From: Naegleria gruberi | Lineage: Eukaryota | Reading direction: 5' to 3' (one strand) | DNA length: 64,000 nt | Assembly: GCA_000004985.1 (NCBI GenBank) | Contig: GG738860.1 | Part shown: positions 45,978 through 57,192 of the stretch, one piece after another | Numbering within the stretch: position 1 is the first letter of the stretch | Layout of the letters: each line of letters starts with the position of its first letter | Translations under genes and position numbers: made by a program | Notes under the pieces: model-generated | Seen by the model: only the letters and a program-made list of their open reading frames with translations | Told to the model about the DNA's origin: nothing | The model's database searches: none

Positions 45978-46698
45978 ATGGCCAAATTCTCTTTCGCTGA
46001 CAAGCTTGTCTTCTTGTGGCTCATCATTGACTTGCTTGTGCACGGCATCTTGGAAGCCTCCTTCGTGTATTTTAGTGTAACGACCACTGTTGCAAAGGCT
46101 CAACCTACCACTGCTATTGGCAAGTGGTTGCTTTGGACATGGACAGAGTATGGTTCAAAGGCTGATTCAAAATGGTTAATCTTGGATCCATGTATTGTTT
46201 CTGTGGAATTATTGACTTGTACTTTTGACACCTTGTTGTGTGCTATTATCTTGTATACTGTATGTTGTTATTATTCATCCGAATGTGTTAATTTATTATT
46301 ATTATTATTGATTGTTAATTTGAAAATATGAAAATAATTCAATAACACGAAAAATTGTTGTAATAATCGATTATCGATTCTACATAATTCTGTGATGTAT
46401 CAAAATACTATTTGGAAATATTGATTATTAATGTAAAATATTGGAATAGATGTGGACAAACAAACCAAGCAGACACTTCTGGCAAATTGTTTTGTGTACG
46501 TGTGAGTTATATGGCGACTGGATGACTTTTGTGCCTGCTATCTTTGAAGGAGGAAGCAATTTAAATATGGATCCTTTCTACTTCTATGTTTACACTGTTG
46601 GTTCCAATGGTGTTTGGGTTATTGTGCCTATTTTAATGTTAATTCAATCATACAACTATTTGGTATCTGCTTTGTCACAAAAACAAAAGAGTAATTAA
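45978..46698 (+). CDS. emopamil-binding-protein (EBP) family sterol isomerase; exons 45978-46259, 46450-46698
   Basis: WTWTEYGSKADSKWLILDP...ELLT and RHFWQIVLCTCELYGDWMTFVPAIFEGGSNLNMDPFYFYVYTVGSNGVWVIVP (EBP signature). Intron 46260-46449, GTATGT...AATAG, phase 0. Confidence 0.7.
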
Positions 46699-46938
46699 AC
46701 AGTTATTCTGTTATTATTTGGTTCATCTCAGAATTATTAGTTGACATCTGACTTTTGGACCCAATTGCAAAGTATTGAACCTCAAACTAGTTGTTTTATA
46801 CATTCTATTTGTATCTTTGAAATAATTAACCATGTCAAAGGAATCTCAAGCTGTTGCATTTATTTTTAAGGAAATTAAACGTTATGAATTAATATTTTAC
46901 CGCCTTAAATAACAGTTATTAAAATCATTTTAAAAAAA

Positions 46939-47766
46939 ATGGCTACTCAAGCACCACCACAATTAAATCAATCCTTCAGTGGTATTGGTTTTGGTAATCA
47001 TCATAGGCTTCCTCAACAACAGCCCCTCAAGACGCCAGAACGAAGACCTCTAAGGGCCTCTTTCCAAGCATCATCATCATCTCAAAAGACCACCCTATTG
47101 AATCCAATCATCTCAAATACACCAAATATCCAACCGACTCCAATTCTTAATAATAAGGCAACACCAAGTACACCAACACCAAATCGTCATGCTCATCACT
47201 CTCGATCTAAATCCTATTGTGGAGTTGCACACTATGGCATTGGCTCCACCACTGAAATTATCATTACCAGTAAATCAAGGCTCCAGAACAAGTTGGTTAA
47301 GGAGGAACCTGTTCATTCGTCACCTTCAATGCTATTGGATGATAAGGAGAATGCAGTGAATAATCTACCACCACCTCCTTCTCCTTCAAAAGCTGTCCCC
47401 CAACATTTCAATTCGGATGCAATGCCATCTTTGCCTGCATTGGCTGCTGTGAAAAAGTCTTGGCAATTGAACTCACCTCAAAAGAATGGATCCACTCCGA
47501 CAAAGAAACGTTCAACATCTTGTTTAACTCCATCGACACCATTGAGTATTTCAACAAGTTTGACCACCATTAGAGAACCTCTTACAATGGTTCTCACCCC
47601 AAAGAGTAGAGCAAGATATCAAGGTATTTCAGGAACACACAAATTCAATGCCTACAGTAGAATTAATAACATTGATGCCATCTCTATTTCTATATCTGAA
47701 GATGAAGGTACTGAGGTTTGGTGTGGTGAACGTAAGGGTATTATTGCAGTAAGTGTTTTCAATTGA
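46939..47766 (+). CDS. Ser/Pro/Thr-rich ORF, possibly the 5' exon of the downstream WD40 gene
   Basis: 275-aa ORF ending at a GTAAGT (47749). Junction to the WD40 ORF not resolved in frame. Confidence 0.3.
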   Translation: MATQAPPQLNQSFSGIGFGNHHRLPQQQPLKTPERRPLRASFQASSSSQKTTLLNPIISNTPNIQPTPILNNKATPSTPTPNRHAHHSRSKSYCGVAHYGIGSTTEIIITSKSRLQNKLVKEEPVHSSPSMLLDDKENAVNNLPPPPSPSKAVPQHFNSDAMPSLPALAAVKKSWQLNSPQKNGSTPTKKRSTSCLTPSTPLSISTSLTTIREPLTMVLTPKSRARYQGISGTHKFNAYSRINNIDAISISISEDEGTEVWCGERKGIIAVSVFN

Positions 47767-47888
47767 TTTCTGACTAACTTTATAATACTATTGTTTATAT
47801 TGATATCAAAAATTTACCAGATATTCGACACCAATTCTTGTAAACCAGTATCAACAATATATGAGGAGAAGGAGAAACTCTACGTTTC

Positions 47889-49682
47889 ATGTATGTGTCC
47901 AGTTGGAGAATTCATGTGTGGGCTGGTATGGCAGATGGCAGTATTAATATTTACAATATCAAGAAGAGGTGCTTGGTTAAAAATCTTCATGGGCATATTG
48001 GAACAGTGACAGATATTGTCTATCTTGGCAATGATGTGATTGCATCTTGCTCTGTTGACTTTTCTATCAGATTATGGGACAGTTCATCTTTTACACCAAA
48101 GGTAAATTGTATTGGAATGAGATCACTTTGGGTCAATACATTGTGCTCAGTTTCAGGGTTGTTGTGGAGTGGATCCGATGATTCTCTGATTAGAGTATGG
48201 GATACCAATACTGGTTTAACTATTAAGGAAATTACACACTCACCTCAATTGTCTAAAAATAAGAGTGTTGAAAGTTTGGATGATTCTTCCTTTGTGTCAT
48301 CTTTCTCGAGTGGTACTTCCAATCATGATAATTCAAAGAATAGTATAACTAATGCAGGCGTAACTCAATTGAGTTATTGTACCAAGACGAATAGAGTATG
48401 GAGTGCTTCCAGAGATTGTAGTGTAAAGATTTGGAATCCAACAAGTTTTATTTGCGAACACACTATTAACTTTCCTTCCTATGTAAATTGTATGCACATT
48501 GCTGGTCAGTACGTGTGGGTTGCTACTAACAAGGAATTGTCAATCTGGAATGTTAATGACAAGTCACTGGTTGCCAGATTTCCTGTCAATGGCTTTGTGT
48601 GGTGCATCAAGACTGTTGGAGATAGAGTTTGGATTGCATGCAGTGATAAATCAATTAGAGTTTACAATATTAATGAAACTGGTGTAACTCAAGTGGAGAA
48701 GAGACATTTTCATGGCTCCAAGAGATTATCCTCAGAATTTATTTTAATGGATGTAACATCACCACTTGGTCAGCAGCCAATCATGCCACTATTCCCCACC
48801 AATCATCATGATAGTGAACAGGCTGAAGAAGAGCAACAACCAATACAAGTTGAAGAAGAAGTGGATGACGAACATCTGTTGATTAAGGAAATTAACTACA
48901 ATGACTTTGCTCCTTCCCAAACAATGACCTTAATTGTTTCAACTGCGCTCGAGCAACAACAGATCGGGGCACAAGAATCAAGACCTGTAATTGGTACATT
49001 TAGCGTTGATGATATCTCTATCATGCTACAAACTGATGTTATGAACATTGACGAAGCCAAAAATGATGATTTGACTTTACAAAAATCGTTTGATATTTTA
49101 TCTTCAGAACCGAGCTGGATTAATTCTGAAATGGTGGAAATCTCTCCTTTAAGGGAACCTCCATCATTAGAAACATTTCAACTTCAATCACCATCCAACA
49201 GAGATTCCGAGCAGAAATCTACTACTACTGAGCTTTCCTCGTTCACAACATCTCCCATCAAAAGTTTACAACCAGTACCTCAACAAACGATGAAGCAATT
49301 TGTTGAATCCACTATTGATTCTGCTGCATTGGTGCAGCAGCGTAATACATCGCTTATTCTTCCACCTATAGACAATTCCACCTCCATAACAAATGTAAAA
49401 ATTAAGCGAGCCGTATCGGAGGAAAATAATCAGTCCTTATTAGGATTTAAGGCTGATTCACCAAAGCCACAATCCATAGAACTGCGAGAGTCTTCTAACT
49501 CACCCCAAAGTTCTCCTTCCTCCTCTGATAATTGTCTTAGCTTTTCCAATGCAAGACTTTTATTTACTGGTGACGACGTAGTGGATTTTGAAGAACCTCA
49601 CCACAAGTCAAGAGGATGCGCTTCGATATTCGCTAAAGTGTTGGGAAGGGTTTTTGCGTGCTTTTCACTTCCAAATAAATAA
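47889..49682 (+). CDS. WD40-repeat protein with Ser/Thr-rich C-terminal half
   Basis: Repeats: HGHIGTVTDIVYLGNDVIASCSVDFSIRLWD, LWSGSDDSLIRVWD, SASRDCSVKIWN, ACSDKSIRVYN. Confidence 0.6.
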   Translation: MYVSSWRIHVWAGMADGSINIYNIKKRCLVKNLHGHIGTVTDIVYLGNDVIASCSVDFSIRLWDSSSFTPKVNCIGMRSLWVNTLCSVSGLLWSGSDDSLIRVWDTNTGLTIKEITHSPQLSKNKSVESLDDSSFVSSFSSGTSNHDNSKNSITNAGVTQLSYCTKTNRVWSASRDCSVKIWNPTSFICEHTINFPSYVNCMHIAGQYVWVATNKELSIWNVNDKSLVARFPVNGFVWCIKTVGDRVWIACSDKSIRVYNINETGVTQVEKRHFHGSKRLSSEFILMDVTSPLGQQPIMPLFPTNHHDSEQAEEEQQPIQVEEEVDDEHLLIKEINYNDFAPSQTMTLIVSTALEQQQIGAQESRPVIGTFSVDDISIMLQTDVMNIDEAKNDDLTLQKSFDILSSEPSWINSEMVEISPLREPPSLETFQLQSPSNRDSEQKSTTTELSSFTTSPIKSLQPVPQQTMKQFVESTIDSAALVQQRNTSLILPPIDNSTSITNVKIKRAVSEENNQSLLGFKADSPKPQSIELRESSNSPQSSPSSSDNCLSFSNARLLFTGDDVVDFEEPHHKSRGCASIFAKVLGRVFACFSLPNK

Positions 49683-49787
49683 CTTGAACATTTTTGAAAT
49701 CAATTAAAAAAACTATCAACAAACCTCCAAACCTTACAAAGAGCCACCAACAACATTGTACTAGAGCTTTAAGAAGAAAACAACACC

Positions 49788-52550
49788 ATGACACGAATTG
49801 CACCCTCAACGGATAAAGATGAAGAAATGGATGATAATCATGCATTATCAGATGAAGACTCTCAACAAGAAGAGGTAACTCCAAAAGAGAGGAAACCACC
49901 AGCCTCTATCAAGTGTCTCTTAATTGTATTGGTGGTTGTCGCTGTTGTCGCCACCGTTCTTCTTCTCACGACCATTTGGATTTCATGTTTCTCATCGAGT
50001 GTTTCATCCCTTTCTGTCTCACTCATGTCAGAACAATTTACCAAAATCATAAGTTTCACAGACTCTACTATTAAGGATGTAATAATGGTCTCTGAGAATG
50101 CAAAGAATACCATGTGGTGGGATTANNNNNNNNNNNNNNNNNNNNNNNNNNNNNNNNNNNNNNNNNNNNNNNNNNNNNNNNNNNNNNNNNNNNNNNNNNN
50201 NNNNNNNNNNNNNNNNNNNNNNNNNNNNNNNNNNNNNNNNNNNNNNNNNNNNNNNNNNNNNNNNNNNNNNNNNNNNNNNNNNNNNNNNNNNNNNNNNNNN
50301 NNNNNNNNNNNNNNNNNNNNNNNNNNNNNNNNNNNNNNNNNNNNNNNNNNNNNNNNNNNNNNNNNNNNNNNNNNNNNNNNNNNNNNNNNNNNNNNNNNNN
50401 NNNNNNNNNNNNNNNNNNNNNNNNNNNNNNNNNNNNNNNNNNNNNNNNNNNNNNNNNNNNNNNNNNNNNNNNNNNNNNNNNNNNNNNNNNNNNNNNNNNN
50501 NNNNNNNNNNNNNNNNNNNNNNNNNNNNNNNNNNNNNNNNNNNNNNNNNNNNNNNNNNNNNNNNNNNNNNNNNNNNNNNNNNNNNNNNNNNNNNNNNNNN
50601 NNNNNNNNNNNNNNNNNNNNNNNNCTGCTTCAAATGAGACTGATATATCGGGGATCAACTTTGATTGGTACTTTGGATTTGATATTTCTGTTGCAACTAT
50701 TAGTAATTATCTAAAAGATATAACTGAAAAAATCACTGGATCTTTGGCTTTTATCATTGAAATTGAGACAGAATTTATTGTTGCCTCAAGTTATCCAGAG
50801 ATTCCCGTGACCAAATGGGATGATAAAGGAAATCAAGAAAGAAAGAAGGCTATCAATTTTGGAGTACCAGAAGTTGAGCAAGTTGGTCTATTCCTCTATG
50901 AAAGATATCAGAAAAAGTTGGATTCATTAAGTTGTGGAACTTTTGAGTTTTTATCATTTCAGGATAGATATGTTAATGTGTATAGAATGTGCAATCAAGC
51001 CAACATTAATTGGTAAGTATCCTGTAAATATTAATTACTGACCGGTGGAAAAGGTTATTTGTATTCTCAGTTCCTCAATGGAACTATCTAGGAACCATGA
51101 TTATCGCCATAATTGCAGCTCTTTCTTCATCTATTGTAATTGTCATTGTTGGTCTCTTATTTGGGGTATATTCCTCCTTCAAGATTGTAAAGCCGTTCCA
51201 TAATTTAATAGATTTATTTGCAAGTGTTTCAAACATGGATTTGGATAATATCATTGTTCTTCCATCTCCTTTCAGAGAAGTTCATCAATTACAATTACAC
51301 TTCAAAACTATGGTTGTTAAGATTAAACAATATCGATGCTTTATTCCTCCTCACTTACTAGCTCAAATTGATGCCGAAGGAGCTGGTGATGAAAATGATA
51401 GGGATTTTGAAAAACCTTCCATTAGAGCCGCCAAGGATCACAATACAACACAATCTTCTCTGAGAAGTGGGAAATCTTCGAGACATTCTGGAATTTCACG
51501 TTCAGGAAATGCAACATCAAATTATCATTCAACCTCCAACCAATCATCATTCCGTCCCGTCTCCAAATCACTTTTCAAATTGGGGCTTGAAAAGAAGAAG
51601 ATTACAGTGGCCAACTTTTATTTTGTGGGATTGGACTATTGTATGGAAAATTTATCAGACTCAGAGCTTGTAACAGTAATGTCAGATTATTTCGAAGTCA
51701 TTCAAAAAGTTGCCAAACTCACTCTAGGACAATTGGGTTCTTTTGAGGATAATTCAATGACCATCAGCTGGAATTCAACATCAGAAGTTTCCAATCATGA
51801 AGAGAAGGGTGTTGCCTCCTCTCATCAAATCCTCCTTAAACTTTCACAATTGAAAGAAACTAAATGGAAAAAGAAGGAACATTTAGTTAAGAAAGATTTA
51901 TTACAAAACGTTGATTTTAGAGCTTCAATTTTAACACAAGTTTGTAGATGTGGTAATTTAGGTATGTTTAATTGATTGAAATTTAGTCTAATTTACATTA
52001 TTAGGTACGCAAGAAATTAAAACCTACTCAATTGTTGGAAGTTATCTTCACAATTTACACAAGATTATGAAACATGGTTTGAAGTTGAATGTCAAATTGA
52101 TTGCTTCTGAGGAAACTTTGTTTAAATCGAATGATACTCACCAACATAGATTGGTGGGAGTGAAGAAGGTTCTTTCTCCAGATGAAACAAGCGCAGAATT
52201 CTTCTCTGACTCTCAAAAGGTAAATAAGAGAAAGATTAAATTATTTGAGATTGGAGAAACTAATCAAGTCAATGAGGATGGTAAGTTTATTTTACAATTT
52301 CTTTGAAATTTTTAAACGAACACAATCAGAGTGGATGTATGAATTACAACAACATAAATCAAAGGAAAAATGGAAACTCTACAATGAAGCCTGTCTATTA
52401 ATGGAAGAGGAAAAGTATGAAGATGCCATTACTAGTTTCGAATCCTACTTGTTATCATATAGAGCAGAAACCAATGAAGATATATGTGCTTGTTATATGA
52501 TTAAGAAATGTTACAAATTGCTGCAAAACAAAGCTAACCAAAACAATTGA
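49788..52550 (+). CDS. two-TM receptor with extracellular Cache-like sensor, HAMP-like linker and a degenerate (likely inactive) class III cyclase-homology domain plus helical C-terminus; 5 exons, interrupted by assembly gap
   Basis: TM1 LLIVLVVVAVVATVLLLTTIW. Sensor ITGSLAFIIEIETEFIVASSYPE. TM2 IIAIIAALSSSIVIVIVGLLFGVY. KITVANFYFVGLDYCMENLSDSELVTVMSDYFEVIQKVAKLTLGQLGSFEDNSMTISWN parallels cyclase VTVLFSDIVGFTSL...YFT...IE..GGTV.KFIGDAVMAVFG with both metal Asp replaced. Introns 51976-52018 and 52272-52331 verified in frame. The 51017-51095 junction is not in frame. Confidence 0.5.
50126..50624. other. assembly gap (499 N)
   Basis: Run of N inside the CDS above. Confidence 1.
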
Positions 52551-52695
52551 TTCAAATTCAACTCTTCAATTTCAATTTCAAAGTTTACTTGCAGCGACAG
52601 ATATCAATGACAACAATTTAACACCAGATTCTAAATAAGAAATAACATAAAAAAATATTAAAATTGATTAAATCATCACTTCAAAACCATCTTCA

Positions 52696-54969
52696 ATGAC
52701 ACAGAAAAAACAAAAACAGAAGAAGGCAAAGAAGGAGAAGGAACTTTGGGGAGATGATGTTTCTCCCATGCCAACCACCATGAAGGATTACTTTGCACAA
52801 TTATCACAAGATTGTTCCGAACAGGAGGCAACCATTCTTGATCATGAACCTGTACAACACTGTAAGAAGGAACGAAATCCTCCGAGTGAAAAGAAGAAGG
52901 AAAAGAAAAAGAATGCCCAGCCAGCATCTTCTTCAGTTGCCGCCACTTCTTCGGACGTTGTGGATAATGATGAGAATAATGAAACTGATCGTGGAAAAAC
53001 GCAAGAATCTAAAAAGAAGAAACAAATGTCGAATAGTGATTATTTGGAATTATTGGAATCTTCTCTTGATGATGAAGAGAAGATGATTTATTCGAATTCA
53101 TCAAGGATTACAACAACTGCAGCAATGACATCATATATCTATGCAACACCATATAAAGTACTACCACCAGTACAGCCACCCAAAAGAATTGAGCTACCTC
53201 CAACCTTTGACAAGATTGAAGATCTTCTTAAGGAACTCAGTTTAACCTTTGAATATTTCAAAGTTCAGGATAATTCAACAAGCAAAACAATATATTTGGA
53301 AAAATTAGTCCACATGACAGATTCTCTCTCTAAAAAGTGTTTTCAGAAGGCAGATAAGAATGCTATTTTCATGCTAGGAGGGTTGAATTTTGTATGTGTA
53401 TTGTTTGCATATTTTGCCTCTGGAGAGAATGAAAATGAACAATATGAAAAGATTATCAATTCACTTTCCTATGTTCTGTATAGATTTTCAGATCACAATA
53501 GAGCTAGAAGTGCCATGTTGACAACTGGTGTATTCTATTCTCTGTGGTATGTTGGAGGGTTGAGTAAGAATATTTCTACACTTTCACATGTGAACGAAGT
53601 GATTGACTTGTTGGGAGGTCAATTATCTATTGGATTCGAGTTGAGTAATCTATTGACCAAATCAAATAGCCAACTATTGGATATTTCTTACATTTCAACA
53701 GAAAAGACTGTTGATTCTTCATCACAAACAATCTATTCAGATGGTTTCACTTTCCCAGATACATTTTTGGGCGTTGGAACAGATTTTGTATCATTATCGG
53801 AGAATAACTTTCCAATCCAATTACATTATTCGATTATCATTTCTAGAACTAGTAATTTCCTCTCTGATTTTTGTGTCAAGTGGGATCCAACAACGGGACA
53901 AGTTGTAGAGAATTCTAAAAACCCTGGCTTTTATCTAATGAAAGATAGTAACATTTCTTGGTATGCTCTTTTGAAATTCGTACAGTTATTGTACACTGAC
54001 AAAATTTCTGTATGTAAAGAAGAAAGAGAAAGAGAGCTGAAGAATAGGAATTCAATTTTTGAATCCAAACTAGTGTCGGAGGGTTTTCCTCGCTTATTAA
54101 CTACATTGAGAAATCAAAAAACTAGGGAAAATGCCATAAATTGTATGAGCACTTTAACATCTATGGAGGATCACGAGGAGTGTGATAATGGTGGACTATT
54201 TGATGAATTCGATAATGAGCTCGTCAATGATGAGTTGAATTACTTTTTTGGAAAGCCACTCAATTATTGGTATTTACCAAAACCAAAAGAGAATAACTTC
54301 TCAACTGATTTTTTGAGAAAAAAGGAGAAAATTAGACAACAAGCAATTTTATTGAGTGGATTGGAACAAGATCTGGGATCTTTATATGTGGAAATGATTA
54401 GCAGTCAGACATTTAAAGCCGAGGAAGCTAAAGCTCTGTCATTCTATCCAAATGTTAAGGTAATGCTCGCCGACACTCTCGGAGAAATAGACCACATTTT
54501 GGAAGAGCATATTAATTCAATTCCAGTTTTGAAGAATATTATTGATTGTAAAGGATTCTACCTTCACAAATCAATACTTGCAACAAGAAGTGAATTTATG
54601 AAAAAGCTAATGCAATACGATTTGGAACAAACAGAAAATGGCATGGATGTGGTCTATATCAACAACTTTTCCCTTTCAACTTTATTCACAGTTTTCCAAT
54701 TCATGTATGGTGGATTGAGTGAAGAAGGTTTCCCACTCCTCTTCACTGAAAACTTAGTGGAATGCTTTTTAGCAGCTGACATGTTTCTTCTCTTTGGATT
54801 GAAAAAGTATGCAGAACAGAAAATATGTGAACAAATTACATTGGAAAGTGTACAGGATCTATACCACATTTCAATCATTTACAATTCTGACCTCATTAAG
54901 GATAAGTGCATTGAAATCATGTCCAAGAATAATATTATCTATGAGAGTGATATCAAAAAGTTAAAGTAA
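52696..54969 (+). CDS. BTB/POZ-domain protein with Lys-rich N-terminus
   Basis: C-terminal DCKGFYLHKSILATRSEFMKKLMQ...VVYINNFSLSTLFTVFQFMYGG...ENLVECFLAADMFLLFGLKKYAEQKI (BTB plus BACK-like). Confidence 0.6.
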   Translation: MTQKKQKQKKAKKEKELWGDDVSPMPTTMKDYFAQLSQDCSEQEATILDHEPVQHCKKERNPPSEKKKEKKKNAQPASSSVAATSSDVVDNDENNETDRGKTQESKKKKQMSNSDYLELLESSLDDEEKMIYSNSSRITTTAAMTSYIYATPYKVLPPVQPPKRIELPPTFDKIEDLLKELSLTFEYFKVQDNSTSKTIYLEKLVHMTDSLSKKCFQKADKNAIFMLGGLNFVCVLFAYFASGENENEQYEKIINSLSYVLYRFSDHNRARSAMLTTGVFYSLWYVGGLSKNISTLSHVNEVIDLLGGQLSIGFELSNLLTKSNSQLLDISYISTEKTVDSSSQTIYSDGFTFPDTFLGVGTDFVSLSENNFPIQLHYSIIISRTSNFLSDFCVKWDPTTGQVVENSKNPGFYLMKDSNISWYALLKFVQLLYTDKISVCKEERERELKNRNSIFESKLVSEGFPRLLTTLRNQKTRENAINCMSTLTSMEDHEECDNGGLFDEFDNELVNDELNYFFGKPLNYWYLPKPKENNFSTDFLRKKEKIRQQAILLSGLEQDLGSLYVEMISSQTFKAEEAKALSFYPNVKVMLADTLGEIDHILEEHINSIPVLKNIIDCKGFYLHKSILATRSEFMKKLMQYDLEQTENGMDVVYINNFSLSTLFTVFQFMYGGLSEEGFPLLFTENLVECFLAADMFLLFGLKKYAEQKICEQITLESVQDLYHISIIYNSDLIKDKCIEIMSKNNIIYESDIKKLK

Positions 54970-55183
54970 CCTATCAATATCAACATTACCTTATGACCAT
55001 TAGTGTGTAACCTTCAAAACAACCTCTCTAGAATTACCCAAACCTTGATCAAAAAAGCCCCGAATTGAAAACTCCGTTTGTGTTGGGTACTGTAATGTCA
55101 TCAGACCACTAAGTACTTTAGAAAAAATTAAAACACACCTTTGCTGTTCAGTATCATCATTTATTTGAACAGCTAGCTTCATA

Positions 55184-56785
55184 ATGTTGTCAGCCCTCTC
55201 ACAAAATATTCTTTCTAGTAGTACTGGTTCAAATGGGAAAAGCCTTTCCGATGTGTTGAAGAATGATAGGGAATCACTGTTGAAGAATCCGATCCAACTT
55301 ATTCAGCTAATTCATCACGAAATTGATCACATGGTTGAAAAATCAAGGAAAATTGAAGGAGAGTTGAGTACTCACTTTTTGAATAAGGATTCAAGCATGT
55401 TTGTTAAAAAGGAAGATGATGATAAGAATTCTTCATCACCAATTACAATGATTTCACAATTTGTGGAAAAGTTGAATGGTTCTGAGGGTGGAGTCTTGGC
55501 AAGCTTTCCAATTAATACTGAGCTTGTTGAAAAATTCAAAGGATCTTCTGATATATTACTGAAGGCCTTTGATACTATCAAGGATCATTTGGGAGATGGT
55601 TCACTTGTTTCAGGTGGGTGTATGTTTAGTATTGTTGCATGTTGTGTTGCTGCCATGTTGGAAGAAATTGAAAATAATGCAAAGGAAGAATGGCAGAAAC
55701 TCTATTCAGAAGCAAAGGAAACTATTGATGAATTCAAACAAAAGATTTCATCTACACTAGTGGAAACTATTGCCAAGTTGAAGGAAATTGGAACTGAAAC
55801 ATTGAATGAAATCAAACGATCCATTCAAAAAGGTTGTGAGTTGGCCTCAAGTTTCCCTAAGGAAGTTAGAGAAGAAATTGAGAATATTGCAAAGAGACAT
55901 TTGGAAGAGTTCAAGAATGTCACCAATCTCATGAAACACTTGAAGGAAAAGAACTTTTTAACAAATCAATTCGAACAATTCCATCAAGAGTTCAAGGCTC
56001 TTGTCACTAGTTTTGCCGACAGATTTATCAAGGAATTATTAGGAAATATTATTGGAACCATTGTCAAATTTTTTAAATCTATTGCTCAAGTCTTTAGAGG
56101 TTTGATTAAGGAATCTTTTGGAATTATTATTGAAATTGTGAAAAAGATCTTTGAATTTGTCAAGTCAGCCCCAGAGAGATTGAGAAAGATATTTGACTTT
56201 TCAGGAAATTGTATGGCCATGCTATGTTTATCTGCTCCACAGGAGATGATTGATAAGGCAGCCAATGAAGCAACCAATTTAATGAACATGATTCCAGTCG
56301 ATAAGATTATTTCACCACTCGAAGAANNNNNNNNNNNNNNNNNNNNNNNNNNNNNNNNNNNNNNNNNNNNNNNNNNNNNNNNNNNNNNNNNNNNNNNNNN
56401 NNNNNNNNNNNNNNNNNNNNNNNNNNNNNNNNNNNNNNNNNNNNNNNNNNNNNNNNNNNNNNNNNNNNNNNNNNNNNNNNNNNNNNNNNNNNNNNNNNNN
56501 NNNNNNNNNNNNNNNNNNTTCAACTCTATTGTAGCTCAAGCAGAGGAAAAGATGGAAGGAATTGAAAAACTTACTCCTCTCTTTGAAGAACAACTCCATC
56601 TCTTCTCTCAATTTGATTCTGATTTAGATCATGTCAAAGTTCTTGTGGCCGAAATTGAAGAAAAGGGAATGAATCTTGTTGGAGATAAACTTGACAAGGT
56701 TTTAGAAAAGGTTTCAGATGTATTACACATACCAAAACTTGGAGGAGAATCATCACCACTTGCTGGTATTAAAAAGTTGTTCTAA
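55184..56785 (+). CDS. alpha-helical repeat/coiled-coil protein of unknown function (interrupted by 192-N gap)
   Basis: 533-aa ORF with heptad-like EEIENIAKRHLEEFKNV, IAKLKEIGTETLNEIKRSIQ. Confidence 0.4.
   Translation: MLSALSQNILSSSTGSNGKSLSDVLKNDRESLLKNPIQLIQLIHHEIDHMVEKSRKIEGELSTHFLNKDSSMFVKKEDDDKNSSSPITMISQFVEKLNGSEGGVLASFPINTELVEKFKGSSDILLKAFDTIKDHLGDGSLVSGGCMFSIVACCVAAMLEEIENNAKEEWQKLYSEAKETIDEFKQKISSTLVETIAKLKEIGTETLNEIKRSIQKGCELASSFPKEVREEIENIAKRHLEEFKNVTNLMKHLKEKNFLTNQFEQFHQEFKALVTSFADRFIKELLGNIIGTIVKFFKSIAQVFRGLIKESFGIIIEIVKKIFEFVKSAPERLRKIFDFSGNCMAMLCLSAPQEMIDKAANEATNLMNMIPVDKIISPLEEXXXXXXXXXXXXXXXXXXXXXXXXXXXXXXXXXXXXXXXXXXXXXXXXXXXXXXXXXXXXXXXXFNSIVAQAEEKMEGIEKLTPLFEEQLHLFSQFDSDLDHVKVLVAEIEEKGMNLVGDKLDKVLEKVSDVLHIPKLGGESSPLAGIKKLF
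56327..56518. other. assembly gap (192 N)
   Basis: Run of N. Confidence 1.
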
Positions 56786-57192
56786 CAAATTATATATTTC
56801 ATGTTAAAATTTTTTTGCTAATGTTTGTTATAAAGCTTTTATTCAGTAGTCCATTACATCGTTGCAATGTTGTCAATGTTCATCAAAAGTGGAGTTCATC
56901 ACAGCAGTTAAATTGTCCTATTTGCAGAATTTCAACCTATAGAGATAAGAAGTAAAACATGTAAGTTTATTATTATTAATAATGTCTCTTGTATCAATTA
57001 CTACCTGAGACCACATTTCCACTATATTAAGACTCTGTTCAGCGCGATTCTTTTGAGATTTCATGCCACTCAAATGAACGTTCGTAATACTTTGGTCTTA
57101 CTGTTAGTTTTCAGCTATTATGCCGCACACCTTAAGATTCTCATTCACTCTCCTTAGATTCAATGATTAAATAAGTAAATTATGCAATTTGG

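Noticed and set aside
50028-51016. ORFs 50028-50633(-), 50071-50658(-), 50098-50637(+), 50114-51016(+) and 56086-56523(-), 56312-56611(-) consisting mostly of X
   Set aside because: Artefacts of translating the N gaps. Only the flanking real sequence is meaningful.
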